From: a virus
Lineage: Duplodnaviria; Caudoviricetes
DNA: 60,585 nt
IMG/VR virus record: IMGVR_UViG_3300034110_000180
Span: 1 to 60,585 of that record
Direction: 5' to 3' (one strand)
The notes under the pieces are model-generated. The model was not told where the DNA came from. It ran no database searches and worked only from the letters and a program-made list of their open reading frames with translations. Numbering within the stretch: position 1 is the stretch's first letter; every line of letters begins with the position of its first letter. Positions 1 to 8,732 of the stretch are shown in pieces. Made by a program: the position numbers and the translations under genes.

Positions 1-151
1 AAGTCGAAGACAAGTACCGGCCATGCATCATGCTGGATTCAAAGTACGCTTACTTTGTTGCTGACACGCTCGAGGCGGCGAAAGAACATGTCTTGGTAAT
101 GCTTGCCGCAAACAAACTGGAGGGCGCATGAGATGGGATAGCACATACAAA
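1..151. repeat. Terminal overlap, copy 1 (circular assembly junction)
   Basis: 1-151 matches 60435-60585 except G25 vs T60459; the overlap falls inside a gene pair. Confidence 0.95.
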
Positions 152-355
152 GGCATCAAGAACTACCTCAATTGGCACGACCTGCTGGATGACGAGGAGC
201 AACTGCTTGGCTACGTCAGGGAGAACACCGCCAACGGCGAGTTCATCGCCATGATCAACGAGGGTGGTATGCCCAATGAAAAGTTCGACAACCTCGAAGA
301 CGCCAAGGCTCACATCGTTGCGTACTACGTGACGCAGAAACTGGAGGACACATGA
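128..355 (+). CDS. Small early protein, family A (N-terminal W, FDNLEDAKAH motif), tail QKLEDT
   Basis: GGAGG SD and ATGA overlap with upstream gene; paralogous motif. Confidence 0.85.
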   Translation: MRWDSTYKGIKNYLNWHDLLDDEEQLLGYVRENTANGEFIAMINEGGMPNEKFDNLEDAKAHIVAYYVTQKLEDT

Positions 356-573
356 AAAAACTAACGTGGCGTGGGCAGGACTGCGTGGTGGTAAGCCCGA
401 TAGTAACTATGCGATGTCATGGTTGCTTGTTCGTCAACGCCGAGGACGATGAATGTCCGCACACCGACGAATCCGTTCCAATGAGCTGCGATTCAGATAA
501 CGACGTCATCTTCATCGAAGACACACCAGAGGCGCTGGCTGCTTATGCCGCGCAGAAACTGGAGGGCACATGA
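352..573 (+). CDS. Small Cys-rich early protein, family B (CxxCxF..C..C..IF), tail QKLEGT
   Basis: ATGA overlap, SD, four-Cys pattern shared with paralogs. Confidence 0.85.
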   Translation: MKKLTWRGQDCVVVSPIVTMRCHGCLFVNAEDDECPHTDESVPMSCDSDNDVIFIEDTPEALAAYAAQKLEGT

Positions 574-818
574 GAACCAAGATCAGGGTGGATAACAAGT
601 GGTACAGGCCAGTGCCTTGGCATGTCGATGGCGAATGTGACGGCTGCGTGTTCGATGGCAAAGATTGCATCAACGATTCGAGCAGCAAGTTCGCCGGCCT
701 ATGCGACGACGGCTGCGAGTTCTCCGGGATGATCTTCATCCGCAACACCAAAGAACACTTCGCTGAGTACGTGGCCAAGAAACTAGAAGGACCTGAGGAG
801 GACGACGATGAAGTTTGA
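570..818 (+). CDS. Small Cys-rich early protein, family B, KKLEG followed by acidic extension
   Basis: ATGA overlap, CDGCVF motif, MIFI..EYVAKKLEG. Confidence 0.85.
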   Translation: MRTKIRVDNKWYRPVPWHVDGECDGCVFDGKDCINDSSSKFAGLCDDGCEFSGMIFIRNTKEHFAEYVAKKLEGPEEDDDEV

Positions 819-1074
819 CTGGATGAACTGCGGCTCAGGGTACTACCGGTGTTCCACCACCAAGCCGGTGCAGATCAAGTCATTCACCCAAGGCCTATAC
901 AAGGTCCAAGACATGGGCTACGTCATGCCGAAAGATGGTCGGTACATGGCATGCGTATACGGAAGCGTCAACCCGACCATACCGGGCGAGTACTTCGACA
1001 ACATCGATGAGGCCAAGGCCTATGTCGAGGAGCATGCCCTTGCTGGCATAGCGATCAACAAATTAACGAGGTGA
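808..1074 (+). CDS. Small early protein, family A, tail AINKLTR
   Basis: GAGGAGG SD; FDNIDEAKAY motif. Confidence 0.85.
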   Translation: MKFDWMNCGSGYYRCSTTKPVQIKSFTQGLYKVQDMGYVMPKDGRYMACVYGSVNPTIPGEYFDNIDEAKAYVEEHALAGIAINKLTR

Positions 1075-1087
1075 CCGAGGAGAGATT

Positions 1088-1285
1088 ATGTACACGATTG
1101 AAGAAATGAAGGCTACCCAAGCAAACGCAGGCAAGCCCGGGTTCAATGAGTATGGCGTGCCACTTCACGCATGCAACGGCTACCGCCACGACGAACACTA
1201 CTGGGAACACATCCGAACAGTCGTGAAGAACCACTCCGCGCACTACTGGGCCTACATCCGAGCGATCAACAAGCTAACACGTTGA
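1088..1285 (+). CDS. Small early protein, tail AINKLTR
   Basis: GAGGAG SD; same 7-aa tail as upstream gene. Confidence 0.8.
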   Translation: MYTIEEMKATQANAGKPGFNEYGVPLHACNGYRHDEHYWEHIRTVVKNHSAHYWAYIRAINKLTR

Positions 1286-1436
1286 CGTGTGGCGGTGTAA
1301 GCCTCACGTAAGGCACATACACACAATACGGCTTAGGCCACAACAAGAATTCAGGCTACCCCATCGTTCCAGCGTCACGCTTGGGGGCAGGCATCCAGAC
1401 GCAACACAACCATTCTTCAACACACAAGGAAACACC

Positions 1437-2435
1437 ATGCGTTACAGCAACATCAAAACATCCGTGCTCTCTCAGTTCCAAGTCGACGGCGGCAATGCCG
1501 TCGTGCCCTTCATCCTCGGCGCTCCCGGCGGTGGCAAATCAGCCTGTGCTCGTGACATTGTCCAGTCCCTCGGCATCGAGAACGTGGTCGAGTTCACCGC
1601 GTCACTGCGTGACCCTGTCGACGTGCTGGGTGTGCCGGATATCTCCGGCGAGTACACACGCTGGGTTCCACCTGCAGAGTTCTACCAACTGCGCGAGGGT
1701 ACTGGGCGCTCAGCACTCATTCTGGAGGAGTTGTCCGATGCACCTGTGCCCATGCAGAACGCGCTGTGCGGCGTCATCTACGACCGCCGTGCTGGCAACC
1801 TCAAGTTGTCTGACGAGCTGTTCATCATCGCCACGGGCAACCGCACCGAGGACAAGTCCGGGGCCAACCGCATCACATCCAAGCTGGCCAACCGCACACG
1901 GCGCTTCGACTTCCAAGAGAACATCGACGACTGGACCGAGTGGGCGCTGGACAAGGACATTGACCCTGTGCTGATTCAGTTCCTGCGCTTCCGTCCCGGC
2001 TTGCTGTCTGACTTCTCTGCTGACCGCTTCGCCAATCCCACGCCACGTGCATGGGAGCGCGTCAACCTGATCCCCAAGGCGCTCGACAACGGCCTGTTCT
2101 TCGACAACTGTGCTGGTGAGGTCGGTGAGGGTGCAGCTGCTGAGTACACAGGCTTCAAGCGTATCTACGAATCGCTGCCTGACGTTGACTCCATCTTGCT
2201 CGACCCAGCCAATGCCGACGTGCCTCAAGACCCTGCAACGCTGTACGCCCTGACCGGCGCGCTGGCTCGCAAGTCCACCAAGGACAACTTCGACCGCGTG
2301 TCCAAGTACCTGTCACGCATGTCGCCAGAGTTCAATGTCATGGCCACCAAGGACGCGATCAAGTTGCAACCAGCCGTGAAGCATTCAAGAGCCTTCGTGG
2401 AATGGGCGTCCAAACATGCCGAGGTATTGATGTAA
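1437..2435 (+). CDS. MoxR-like AAA+ ATPase
   Basis: Walker A GAPGGGKS, Walker B LILEEL, sensor ATGN, LANR arginine finger; start moved to ATG 1437 behind AAGGA. Confidence 0.9.
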   Translation: MRYSNIKTSVLSQFQVDGGNAVVPFILGAPGGGKSACARDIVQSLGIENVVEFTASLRDPVDVLGVPDISGEYTRWVPPAEFYQLREGTGRSALILEELSDAPVPMQNALCGVIYDRRAGNLKLSDELFIIATGNRTEDKSGANRITSKLANRTRRFDFQENIDDWTEWALDKDIDPVLIQFLRFRPGLLSDFSADRFANPTPRAWERVNLIPKALDNGLFFDNCAGEVGEGAAAEYTGFKRIYESLPDVDSILLDPANADVPQDPATLYALTGALARKSTKDNFDRVSKYLSRMSPEFNVMATKDAIKLQPAVKHSRAFVEWASKHAEVLM

Positions 2436-2440
2436 AACTC

Positions 2441-2449
2441 TGCTACAAT
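2441..2449 (+). promoter_or_regulatory. Possible extended -10 promoter (TGcTACAAT) for the HNH gene
   Basis: TGn-TACAAT in a short intergenic gap ahead of an AGGAG SD. Confidence 0.4.
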
Positions 2450-2472
2450 GTGCTGACATTTTAGGAGTTCCT

Positions 2473-3111
2473 ATGAAGAAGCGCATTGATATGACCGGCA
2501 TGCAGTTCGGCAGGCTCACAGTTCTTTCCCATGCGGGAAAAGATAAACACGGCAACGCGTTGTGGGTCTGTCGCTGCGAGTGCGGTACAGAGAAAACATC
2601 CAATGGAGCAATGCTCCGCCAAGGCAAGGCAGTAAGTTGCGGCTGTTTGCATAGCGAGATCACATCCAAGCGCATGAAAGTGGAAGCTGTAAAGCACGGC
2701 ATGCACAACACGCCAACCTACTACTCATGGCAGAACATGATGACCAGATGCAACAACCCCAACTTCAAGCAGTACAAAGACTACGGAGGTAGGGGCATCA
2801 AGGTGTGCGAACGATGGCACGAGTTTGCCAAGTTCTACGAAGACATGGGAACGAAACCAGAAGACGCATCACTAGATCGCAAAGACAACGAGGGTGACTA
2901 CACACCTGATAACTGTCGGTGGGCTACTCAAGAGGAGCAACTGTACAACCGAAGATCAACCATTGAATGGGGCGGCAAGACGCTGCTCGAATGGCACAAG
3001 GAAACTGGCATGAACTACTACACCATGTATTCTCGAATCAAACGCTATGGCAACTTGTTCCCACCCCAACTAGAGGGTCTTGGCCGTGCAAAGGCCACGC
3101 ACTTTAAGTAA
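2473..3111 (+). CDS. Free-standing HNH-like (homing) endonuclease
   Basis: FGRLTV..WVCRCECG..SCGC..YGGRGIKVCERW..LDRKDN..NCRWAT pattern typical of phage HNH/AP2-associated nucleases. Confidence 0.8.
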   Translation: MKKRIDMTGMQFGRLTVLSHAGKDKHGNALWVCRCECGTEKTSNGAMLRQGKAVSCGCLHSEITSKRMKVEAVKHGMHNTPTYYSWQNMMTRCNNPNFKQYKDYGGRGIKVCERWHEFAKFYEDMGTKPEDASLDRKDNEGDYTPDNCRWATQEEQLYNRRSTIEWGGKTLLEWHKETGMNYYTMYSRIKRYGNLFPPQLEGLGRAKATHFK

Positions 3112-3114
3112 CCC

Positions 3115-3417
3115 ATGAGCCGCATCTACTCCAACTACAGATGGGAGAAACCCGGTCGCAAGGGTGACCGGTATCTCTACAAACGCGACTGGGTGATTAC
3201 GTTCCACAGCGGCATCGAGGCTCGACGAGAAGAGCAGGTCATAGCTACCGTCACCTACGACGACAACTCCAAGTCACCGCACTGGGGCAAGTGGCACGTC
3301 AACATCGGCGCTCAGACCCCTGAGCTCTACGCACTGGCAGTGTCGGACATACCCAAGTTCAGCAGCAAGGACGACGCCATCGCATGGACCACAGCAATGG
3401 TGAGGCTAAGCATATGA
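3115..3417 (+). CDS. Small early protein, family A
   Basis: FSSKDDAIAW motif and hydrophobic C-terminal helix. Confidence 0.75.
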   Translation: MSRIYSNYRWEKPGRKGDRYLYKRDWVITFHSGIEARREEQVIATVTYDDNSKSPHWGKWHVNIGAQTPELYALAVSDIPKFSSKDDAIAWTTAMVRLSI

Positions 3418-3698
3418 AGATCACAGACCTCAAATGGACGACCAACAACGACGGCGAGACGTGGACGCTAACCGGATACGTCAACCCGACGTCAGACAGT
3501 CGGTCCTTCACTACTACCCGCAGGCTGTTTGAAATCCAATACCTTGGGCGCACGAGAGTCGCCTTCGGTGGTGGACACGAACGCTGGCAGGTCTACGACC
3601 GCCGCTACTGGGTTGACGACCCACACGACCCGCCCGAGTTCAGTGACCTCGATGTGGCCAAGGCTTGGGTGGAGGTTGTAGTAAGGATTGACCAATGA
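3414..3698 (+). CDS. Small early protein, family A
   Basis: ATGA overlap; FSDLDVAKAW motif. Confidence 0.8.
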   Translation: MKITDLKWTTNNDGETWTLTGYVNPTSDSRSFTTTRRLFEIQYLGRTRVAFGGGHERWQVYDRRYWVDDPHDPPEFSDLDVAKAWVEVVVRIDQ

Positions 3699-3964
3699 AA
3701 TACGTCTGGGAAACCGAGGCGCTGCCTCGCCACATCGAAGATGACGGCAAGACTGTATGGCAGGAACACTGGCACCTCAAGCAGTGTCTGTCTAAAAACG
3801 ATGGCTCCGTCTTCGACTACAAGATCACTGTATGTTGGGTAACCAAGATCGGTGATCGCAAGTGGGCATGCCACTTCGTCAACAGCAAGGGTGAGGGTGG
3901 AACATTCCGATCCCTCAAAGCAGCCAAGGCATACGCCACGGCAATCATCACACTGGAGCAATGA
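3695..3964 (+). CDS. Small early protein, family A
   Basis: ATGA overlap; FRSLKAAKAY motif, tail AIITLEQ. Confidence 0.8.
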   Translation: MKYVWETEALPRHIEDDGKTVWQEHWHLKQCLSKNDGSVFDYKITVCWVTKIGDRKWACHFVNSKGEGGTFRSLKAAKAYATAIITLEQ

Positions 3965-3965
3965 C

Positions 3966-4484
3966 ATGGCAACACCAAAGAAAGTCGAGCTTGGAGAACC
4001 AACCCAGCTTCGCAGAGCAACTGTTCATGAGATCGCAGACAAGCTCAAGGATGCGTTTGTAGTCGTGGCCACCGAACGGGCTGACCGCACAGAAGCGGAG
4101 GCTGTCGTTGGTGAAATCATCCGTGACCTTGAGGTACAGAAGCGCGAAGTCACCATGAAACTGCTAGGCCTCGACAATCGTTGGGGTAAGTGGGAGGTCG
4201 ACCACTGCAATGGGAGAACATCCCCAACCACTGACTACCTTGCAAGTGAAGGGCGTGATTTGGTTAAGGCGTGGGTTAACGAGGCGGTCAAGGAAGTCTT
4301 CACCGCCGACGCCAAGGACAAGTTTATGAAGGAGTGCAAGAAGGCGATACTCAACGAGCTCAAAAACGTTAGCGGCAGTTACAAGACTCGCGAGTACGTA
4401 GAGTCTTTGGTGTCAGACATACGCACGGCACTGGTAAACGAAGCAGCCAAAGAACTACGAGCTGAGCTCGGATTACTCAACTAA
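3966..4484 (+). CDS. Hypothetical helical protein
   Basis: ORF fills the gap between neighbours; GGAG SD. Confidence 0.75.
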   Translation: MATPKKVELGEPTQLRRATVHEIADKLKDAFVVVATERADRTEAEAVVGEIIRDLEVQKREVTMKLLGLDNRWGKWEVDHCNGRTSPTTDYLASEGRDLVKAWVNEAVKEVFTADAKDKFMKECKKAILNELKNVSGSYKTREYVESLVSDIRTALVNEAAKELRAELGLLN

Positions 4485-4496
4485 AGGAGCAATGAC

Positions 4497-5369
4497 ATGA
4501 CACACACCAAACTCTCAGACAAGGCAGTCCTCGTCAAGCTGACACTTCGACGTGCAGCACTCACCAAGCGGGACCATGGACTTACAGCAACCTTACAACA
4601 GCAGGAGAACGACACCAGCCTCACTGTGCTGACCAAGCTGTTCCGCAACAAAGAGTCGGCCATCAACCAGATCATGGCCAAGTACGGCGAGGTCTACGCG
4701 TACCACAAGAAGCACACCCTGCCCTACGTTGACGCTGGCCCACGCATCCTGCCAAACGAGATGTACTTCGAGTACACACAGGAGATGAAGCATCGCATCG
4801 CTTCGGTGGACGTTCTGCTCGACACATACATGCCCATGTATGACCAGCTTGTGCTGGACGACGTGACGTACCGCAACAGCGGCAGTGCAGCTGGCCGAGC
4901 CAGCGTGGATGAGTACCCCACTGCTGAGAACTTCCGGTTGTCCATGTCTGCCGAGTTGCGCTTCCAGCCCATGCCCGATGCGTCGCACTTCCTGTTCGAC
5001 CTGAGCGAGGACGACGTTGCATCCTTCAAGCGTGCCGAGGAAGAAGCCGCAGCTGCTGCCAACTCCGATGCAATCAACCGCATGCTCAAACCAATGGCAG
5101 CTCTTGTGACCAAGCTCAAGGACTACCAAGGCGGCCAGAAGGAACGCTTCCACAACAGCCTCATCGACAACGTGATCGAAGGGTGCGACATGGCCAAGCG
5201 ACTGGCGATCAACCCCACGCCTGAGCTGCTGGCTGAGATCGAGGGCATCAAGTCACTGGCTGGCTCCATTCTCGACACGGTCGAGGTGGTCAAGGGTTCT
5301 GCCAATGCACGAGCCAAGGCCAAGGCAGACCTCGATGCTGTGGCTAACAAACTGGCCGGGTTCTACTGA
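4497..5369 (+). CDS. Conserved phage protein (DUF3150-like), typical neighbour of AAA+/vWA modules
   Basis: AAGGAG SD; HTLPY..GPRILP..YP motif pattern; genomic context. Confidence 0.6.
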   Translation: MTHTKLSDKAVLVKLTLRRAALTKRDHGLTATLQQQENDTSLTVLTKLFRNKESAINQIMAKYGEVYAYHKKHTLPYVDAGPRILPNEMYFEYTQEMKHRIASVDVLLDTYMPMYDQLVLDDVTYRNSGSAAGRASVDEYPTAENFRLSMSAELRFQPMPDASHFLFDLSEDDVASFKRAEEEAAAAANSDAINRMLKPMAALVTKLKDYQGGQKERFHNSLIDNVIEGCDMAKRLAINPTPELLAEIEGIKSLAGSILDTVEVVKGSANARAKAKADLDAVANKLAGFY

Positions 5370-5378
5370 AAGACAACC

Positions 5379-5732
5379 ATGAAAATCAAAACAAGTGAAC
5401 TGACAGGTGCCGCCCTTGATTGGGCGGTGGCGAAGTGCGAGGGAGGGGCTATCCGTACAGAGCACGGGGTATTCCTCAACCAAGGCGATGGGTACGACTA
5501 CTACACCCCATCAACCGACTGGGCACAAGGCGGGCCGATCATTGAGCGTGAAAGCATGGGCATCTGGATGTACCAATGGAACGAGCAAGGCGAGGCCGAG
5601 CAGGGCTGGTATGCCGAGGATAAGGATGGCGACCATGTGCAGACAGGGCCGACACCCCTGATCGCCGCCATGCGGTGCTATGTTGCCAGTAAGCTGGGCG
5701 ATGAAGTCGATGTGCCGGAGGAGCTGACATGA
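5379..5732 (+). CDS. DUF2591/NinX-like protein
   Basis: ELTGAALDWAVAKCEG..PSTDWAQGGPIIERE..GPTPLIAAMRCYVASKLG signature. Confidence 0.8.
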   Translation: MKIKTSELTGAALDWAVAKCEGGAIRTEHGVFLNQGDGYDYYTPSTDWAQGGPIIERESMGIWMYQWNEQGEAEQGWYAEDKDGDHVQTGPTPLIAAMRCYVASKLGDEVDVPEELT

Positions 5733-5817
5733 CCTACACACTCTGGCGCTACTGCCCACGAACAGGGTTCCGCGAGACGCTCAACTTCGACGGGCCACTT
5801 AACAACAAACCAAAAGG

Positions 5818-6030
5818 ATGGAGGATCGCCAGATGAACTTCTCTGACCTCGAGTACATCCTGATGGTCGCAGTAGCTGTGCTGCTGTGGCGTAACTCAGA
5901 CGTCAAGCGCTGGGGTGAGCGTGAAGAACGCAGAGCCAACAAGTACGCCAACTGGCTGGTTGGCGTGTACGAAAACAAAGGGAAGATCGTCCTCAAGGAC
6001 GACTCCTACTACTTCGAGGAGAAGACATGA
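5818..6030 (+). CDS. Small membrane protein (start may be the downstream ATG)
   Basis: Hydrophobic YILMVAVAVLLW segment; ATGA overlap with next gene. Confidence 0.65.
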   Translation: MEDRQMNFSDLEYILMVAVAVLLWRNSDVKRWGEREERRANKYANWLVGVYENKGKIVLKDDSYYFEEKT

Positions 6031-6563
6031 ACAGCAATGAACGGGGCCGTATCACCGGCATGCCGGGCACCACAACGACTGTGATGCTGCACCCACAACG
6101 ACTGGGTGCAAGGATGCGTAACAGCATCATCCGGCAACTGGAAAATCGAGCCATCACTGGCGACTGGCAGTCTAAGTCAGCTCAGCTTGCCACGGCATTG
6201 GCTGCCAAGTACGGGCTGCGGGTCAGCAACAACCACTGGACCGGCATGCGAGTCCTCGGCATCACCGAGGGCGCTGGGCCACTGGTGGCTGAGATTGTGC
6301 GAGCCGACTACACCGCTTGGATACTGGAGAGCCCCGGCTATAGTTCCAACCACTACTACAAAGACCGTGCGACGCAATCAATTGCCGACGCCAACGAACT
6401 CAACCCGGACTTCTTCGTCAGCTTGTTCGACAAAGAGTCCATCCGTAAGGTTACAGAAATCTTGGCGGATCATACTTCGCAGGAACTCAAAGACAAAGCG
6501 AAGCACGTGGCCGACCTGCTCAGAGGCACTGAGCCAATCGAAATCACAACTTTTCAGGAGTAA
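6027..6563 (+). CDS. Hypothetical protein
   Basis: GAGGAG SD, overlap coupling. Confidence 0.75.
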   Translation: MNSNERGRITGMPGTTTTVMLHPQRLGARMRNSIIRQLENRAITGDWQSKSAQLATALAAKYGLRVSNNHWTGMRVLGITEGAGPLVAEIVRADYTAWILESPGYSSNHYYKDRATQSIADANELNPDFFVSLFDKESIRKVTEILADHTSQELKDKAKHVADLLRGTEPIEITTFQE

Positions 6564-6566
6564 GAC

Positions 6567-6710
6567 GTGACAGCAGCAACATATGTGTGGGGAATTTTCG
6601 GGTTCATTGGGGCGTTTCAGATTGCCGAAGGTAACAACGCGGCGGCGTTTATCTGCGGTTCAATTTCCTTCGTCGCCCTTATCGTCGCACTCTCACAAAC
6701 CAAGGAGTAA
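6567..6710 (+). CDS. 47-aa two-helix membrane peptide (not in ORF track)
   Basis: AGGAG SD, GTG start, MTAATYVWGIFGFIGAFQ..FVALIVALSQTKE. Confidence 0.6.
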   Translation: MTAATYVWGIFGFIGAFQIAEGNNAAAFICGSISFVALIVALSQTKE

Positions 6711-6713
6711 ATC

Positions 6714-7832
6714 ATGGCAGTAACCAAACTCGATCGTGCCAAGGTAGCTATCGTTACCCAGCATCCGTTCTTCGCATCCATCCTCATGAAGCGCAAGCTC
6801 ATCGAGGACAACACCATCCCTACTGCAGCTGTCGATCAGCGCGGTCAGATTTACTACAACAAGGACTTCGTCGAGAAGCTGTCTGTTGACGAGCTTGTGT
6901 TCCTGCTGTGCCACGAGGTCGGCCACGTTATCGGTCAGCATGCGCTGCGCCGTGGTGCTCGCCAGCCCAAGAAGTGGAACATCGCCGGTGACGCATGGAT
7001 CAACGACATGCTCAAGGATGCAGGCATCGGCTCTGTCATCGAAGGCTGTGTCAACATGCCCGGCTCCAAGGACGAGACAGTCGACGTCATCTACAACAAG
7101 CTGCCCGACATGCCTAACGGTGGCGGTAGCGGTAGCCCCGGCGGTACAGGTGATGACCTGATCGAGCGCGGTGGCCCTGTGTCTGACGAAGAGGCCACGC
7201 GTATCGACGCCGAGACCCGTGTCGAGATCGCCCAAGCTGCCCAAGCTGCTAAGGCTCAGGGCAAGATGCCCGGCTCACTGGCCAAGATCGTCGCTGACCT
7301 GATCGAGCCTGACACCCCATGGCACGAGATTCTCGAGCGCTACATGACCTCGTTCACTCGCGGTGACTACACATGGGCACGCCCCAACCGTCGCTTCGCC
7401 AACGCATACCTGCCCTCTACCGGCAAGGCTGCCGAGATGGGTGAGATCGTCATTCAGGTCGACGTGTCTGGTTCTATCAGCAAGCTCGAGCTCGACCACT
7501 ACAACGGCCACATGCAACGCATCGTGTCCATGTGCAACCCATCCCGCGTTCACGTCATGTACGTCGACACTGGCGTGGCCAAGTATGATGTGTTCGAGCA
7601 GGGCGAAGAAGTAGCACTCACTTTCTACTGCGGCGGCGGCACTGACATGGAAGCCGGCTTCGACTTCATCGCCAAGGAAGGAATCAACCCCGAGGTGTTC
7701 GTCTGCTTGACAGACGGATATTTTGATTGTAATATTGCAAATGCGCCTGACTATCCAGTCGTTTGGTGCATTTCAAGCGACATCACTCCGGCCTACGGGG
7801 ACACCATTCACTTTACCTTGGAGACTGCCTGA
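6714..7832 (+). CDS. HEXXH metallopeptidase-like domain plus vWA domain (DUF2201-like), probable AAA+ partner
   Basis: HEVGH; MIDAS DVSGS; GGGTD; LTDG. Confidence 0.9.
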   Translation: MAVTKLDRAKVAIVTQHPFFASILMKRKLIEDNTIPTAAVDQRGQIYYNKDFVEKLSVDELVFLLCHEVGHVIGQHALRRGARQPKKWNIAGDAWINDMLKDAGIGSVIEGCVNMPGSKDETVDVIYNKLPDMPNGGGSGSPGGTGDDLIERGGPVSDEEATRIDAETRVEIAQAAQAAKAQGKMPGSLAKIVADLIEPDTPWHEILERYMTSFTRGDYTWARPNRRFANAYLPSTGKAAEMGEIVIQVDVSGSISKLELDHYNGHMQRIVSMCNPSRVHVMYVDTGVAKYDVFEQGEEVALTFYCGGGTDMEAGFDFIAKEGINPEVFVCLTDGYFDCNIANAPDYPVVWCISSDITPAYGDTIHFTLETA

Positions 7833-8407
7833 TGGGTATATTTGTTGACCATACCAATAGCAGGTTTGGAAAGCTTGTAGTCGAGTCGTATTTAGGTAGT
7901 CAAACTTGGCTGTGCAATTGCGATTGCGGTTCTTCTACCAAAGTCAAATCCGGGCATCTTGTTAGCGGCAATACTAAGTCATGCGGTTGTAGGAAGCGGT
8001 CTGTACTAGGCGAGTCTACAACTCGTCATGGCATGGCCGGAACTCGCGTACATAGAATATGGAAAGCCATGCTGTCTAGGTGCAACAACAGAAACCACCC
8101 TAGGTTCGCTGACTATGGAGGTAGGGGCATCAAGGTGTGCGAACGCTGGCACGACTTTGCTAAGTTCTATGAGGACATGGGTGACCCACCACATAAAGCC
8201 AGCATTGATCGCAAAGACAACGACGGCGACTACACGCTACACAACTGTCGGTGGTCCAGCACTACTGAACAAAACAACAACCGAAGAAACAGCATATATG
8301 TTGACGGTGTGCCGCTTAAGCAGTGGGCAGCAGATAACAGTCTGCCATACTCTACGGCGTACTACCGGTACAAACTCACCCTTAACTTGGAGCAATCAAA
8401 TGGCTGA
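7832..8407 (+). CDS. Free-standing HNH-like endonuclease, paralog of 2473-3111
   Basis: Same motifs and a near-identical nucleotide core. Confidence 0.8.
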   Translation: MGIFVDHTNSRFGKLVVESYLGSQTWLCNCDCGSSTKVKSGHLVSGNTKSCGCRKRSVLGESTTRHGMAGTRVHRIWKAMLSRCNNRNHPRFADYGGRGIKVCERWHDFAKFYEDMGDPPHKASIDRKDNDGDYTLHNCRWSSTTEQNNNRRNSIYVDGVPLKQWAADNSLPYSTAYYRYKLTLNLEQSNG

Positions 8408-8561
8408 CTCTCTCGACAAAGCAATCACCAACCTCGAAACAAAGTTCAACGCAGTGCTCGAGCAATGCTACGAAGCACTGGCCGCTGACGCACCACAGGA
8501 GAAGCGCGATGCCCTCAGAGAAGCGATCGAAGGCTTCATCGAAACATCCAGCAGTAGCTGA
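8400..8561 (+). CDS. Small helical protein MADSLDK...
   Basis: GGAG SD before ATG 8400. Confidence 0.6.
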   Translation: MADSLDKAITNLETKFNAVLEQCYEALAADAPQEKRDALREAIEGFIETSSSS

Positions 8562-8730
8562 GCGTTCGTCCACAGTAGGCGTTCAGGTAGTCCATAACGG
8601 GACCGGGTGGCATATCAACGTGTCACTCGACGGAACTCCTTGGCAGCATCTGGGGCCATTCGAGGAGAGGGTCACTCTCCCACAAGCCCTGCAACTTATA
8701 GCAACAACCATTCAACTCGAAGGAATCTAA
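8509..8730 (+). CDS. Small protein, tail ATTIQLEGI
   Basis: AGGAG SD; abuts next gene. Confidence 0.6.
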   Translation: MPSEKRSKASSKHPAVAERSSTVGVQVVHNGTGWHINVSLDGTPWQHLGPFEERVTLPQALQLIATTIQLEGI

Positions 8731-8732
8731 TC

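Noticed and set aside
1-151. Biological direct terminal repeat
   Set aside because: The repeat is read-length sized and cuts through coding sequence; circular assembly overlap is more likely.
1287-1436. N-terminal extension of the AAA+ ORF
   Set aside because: A better SD precedes ATG 1437, and the region contains hairpins and looks like a leader.
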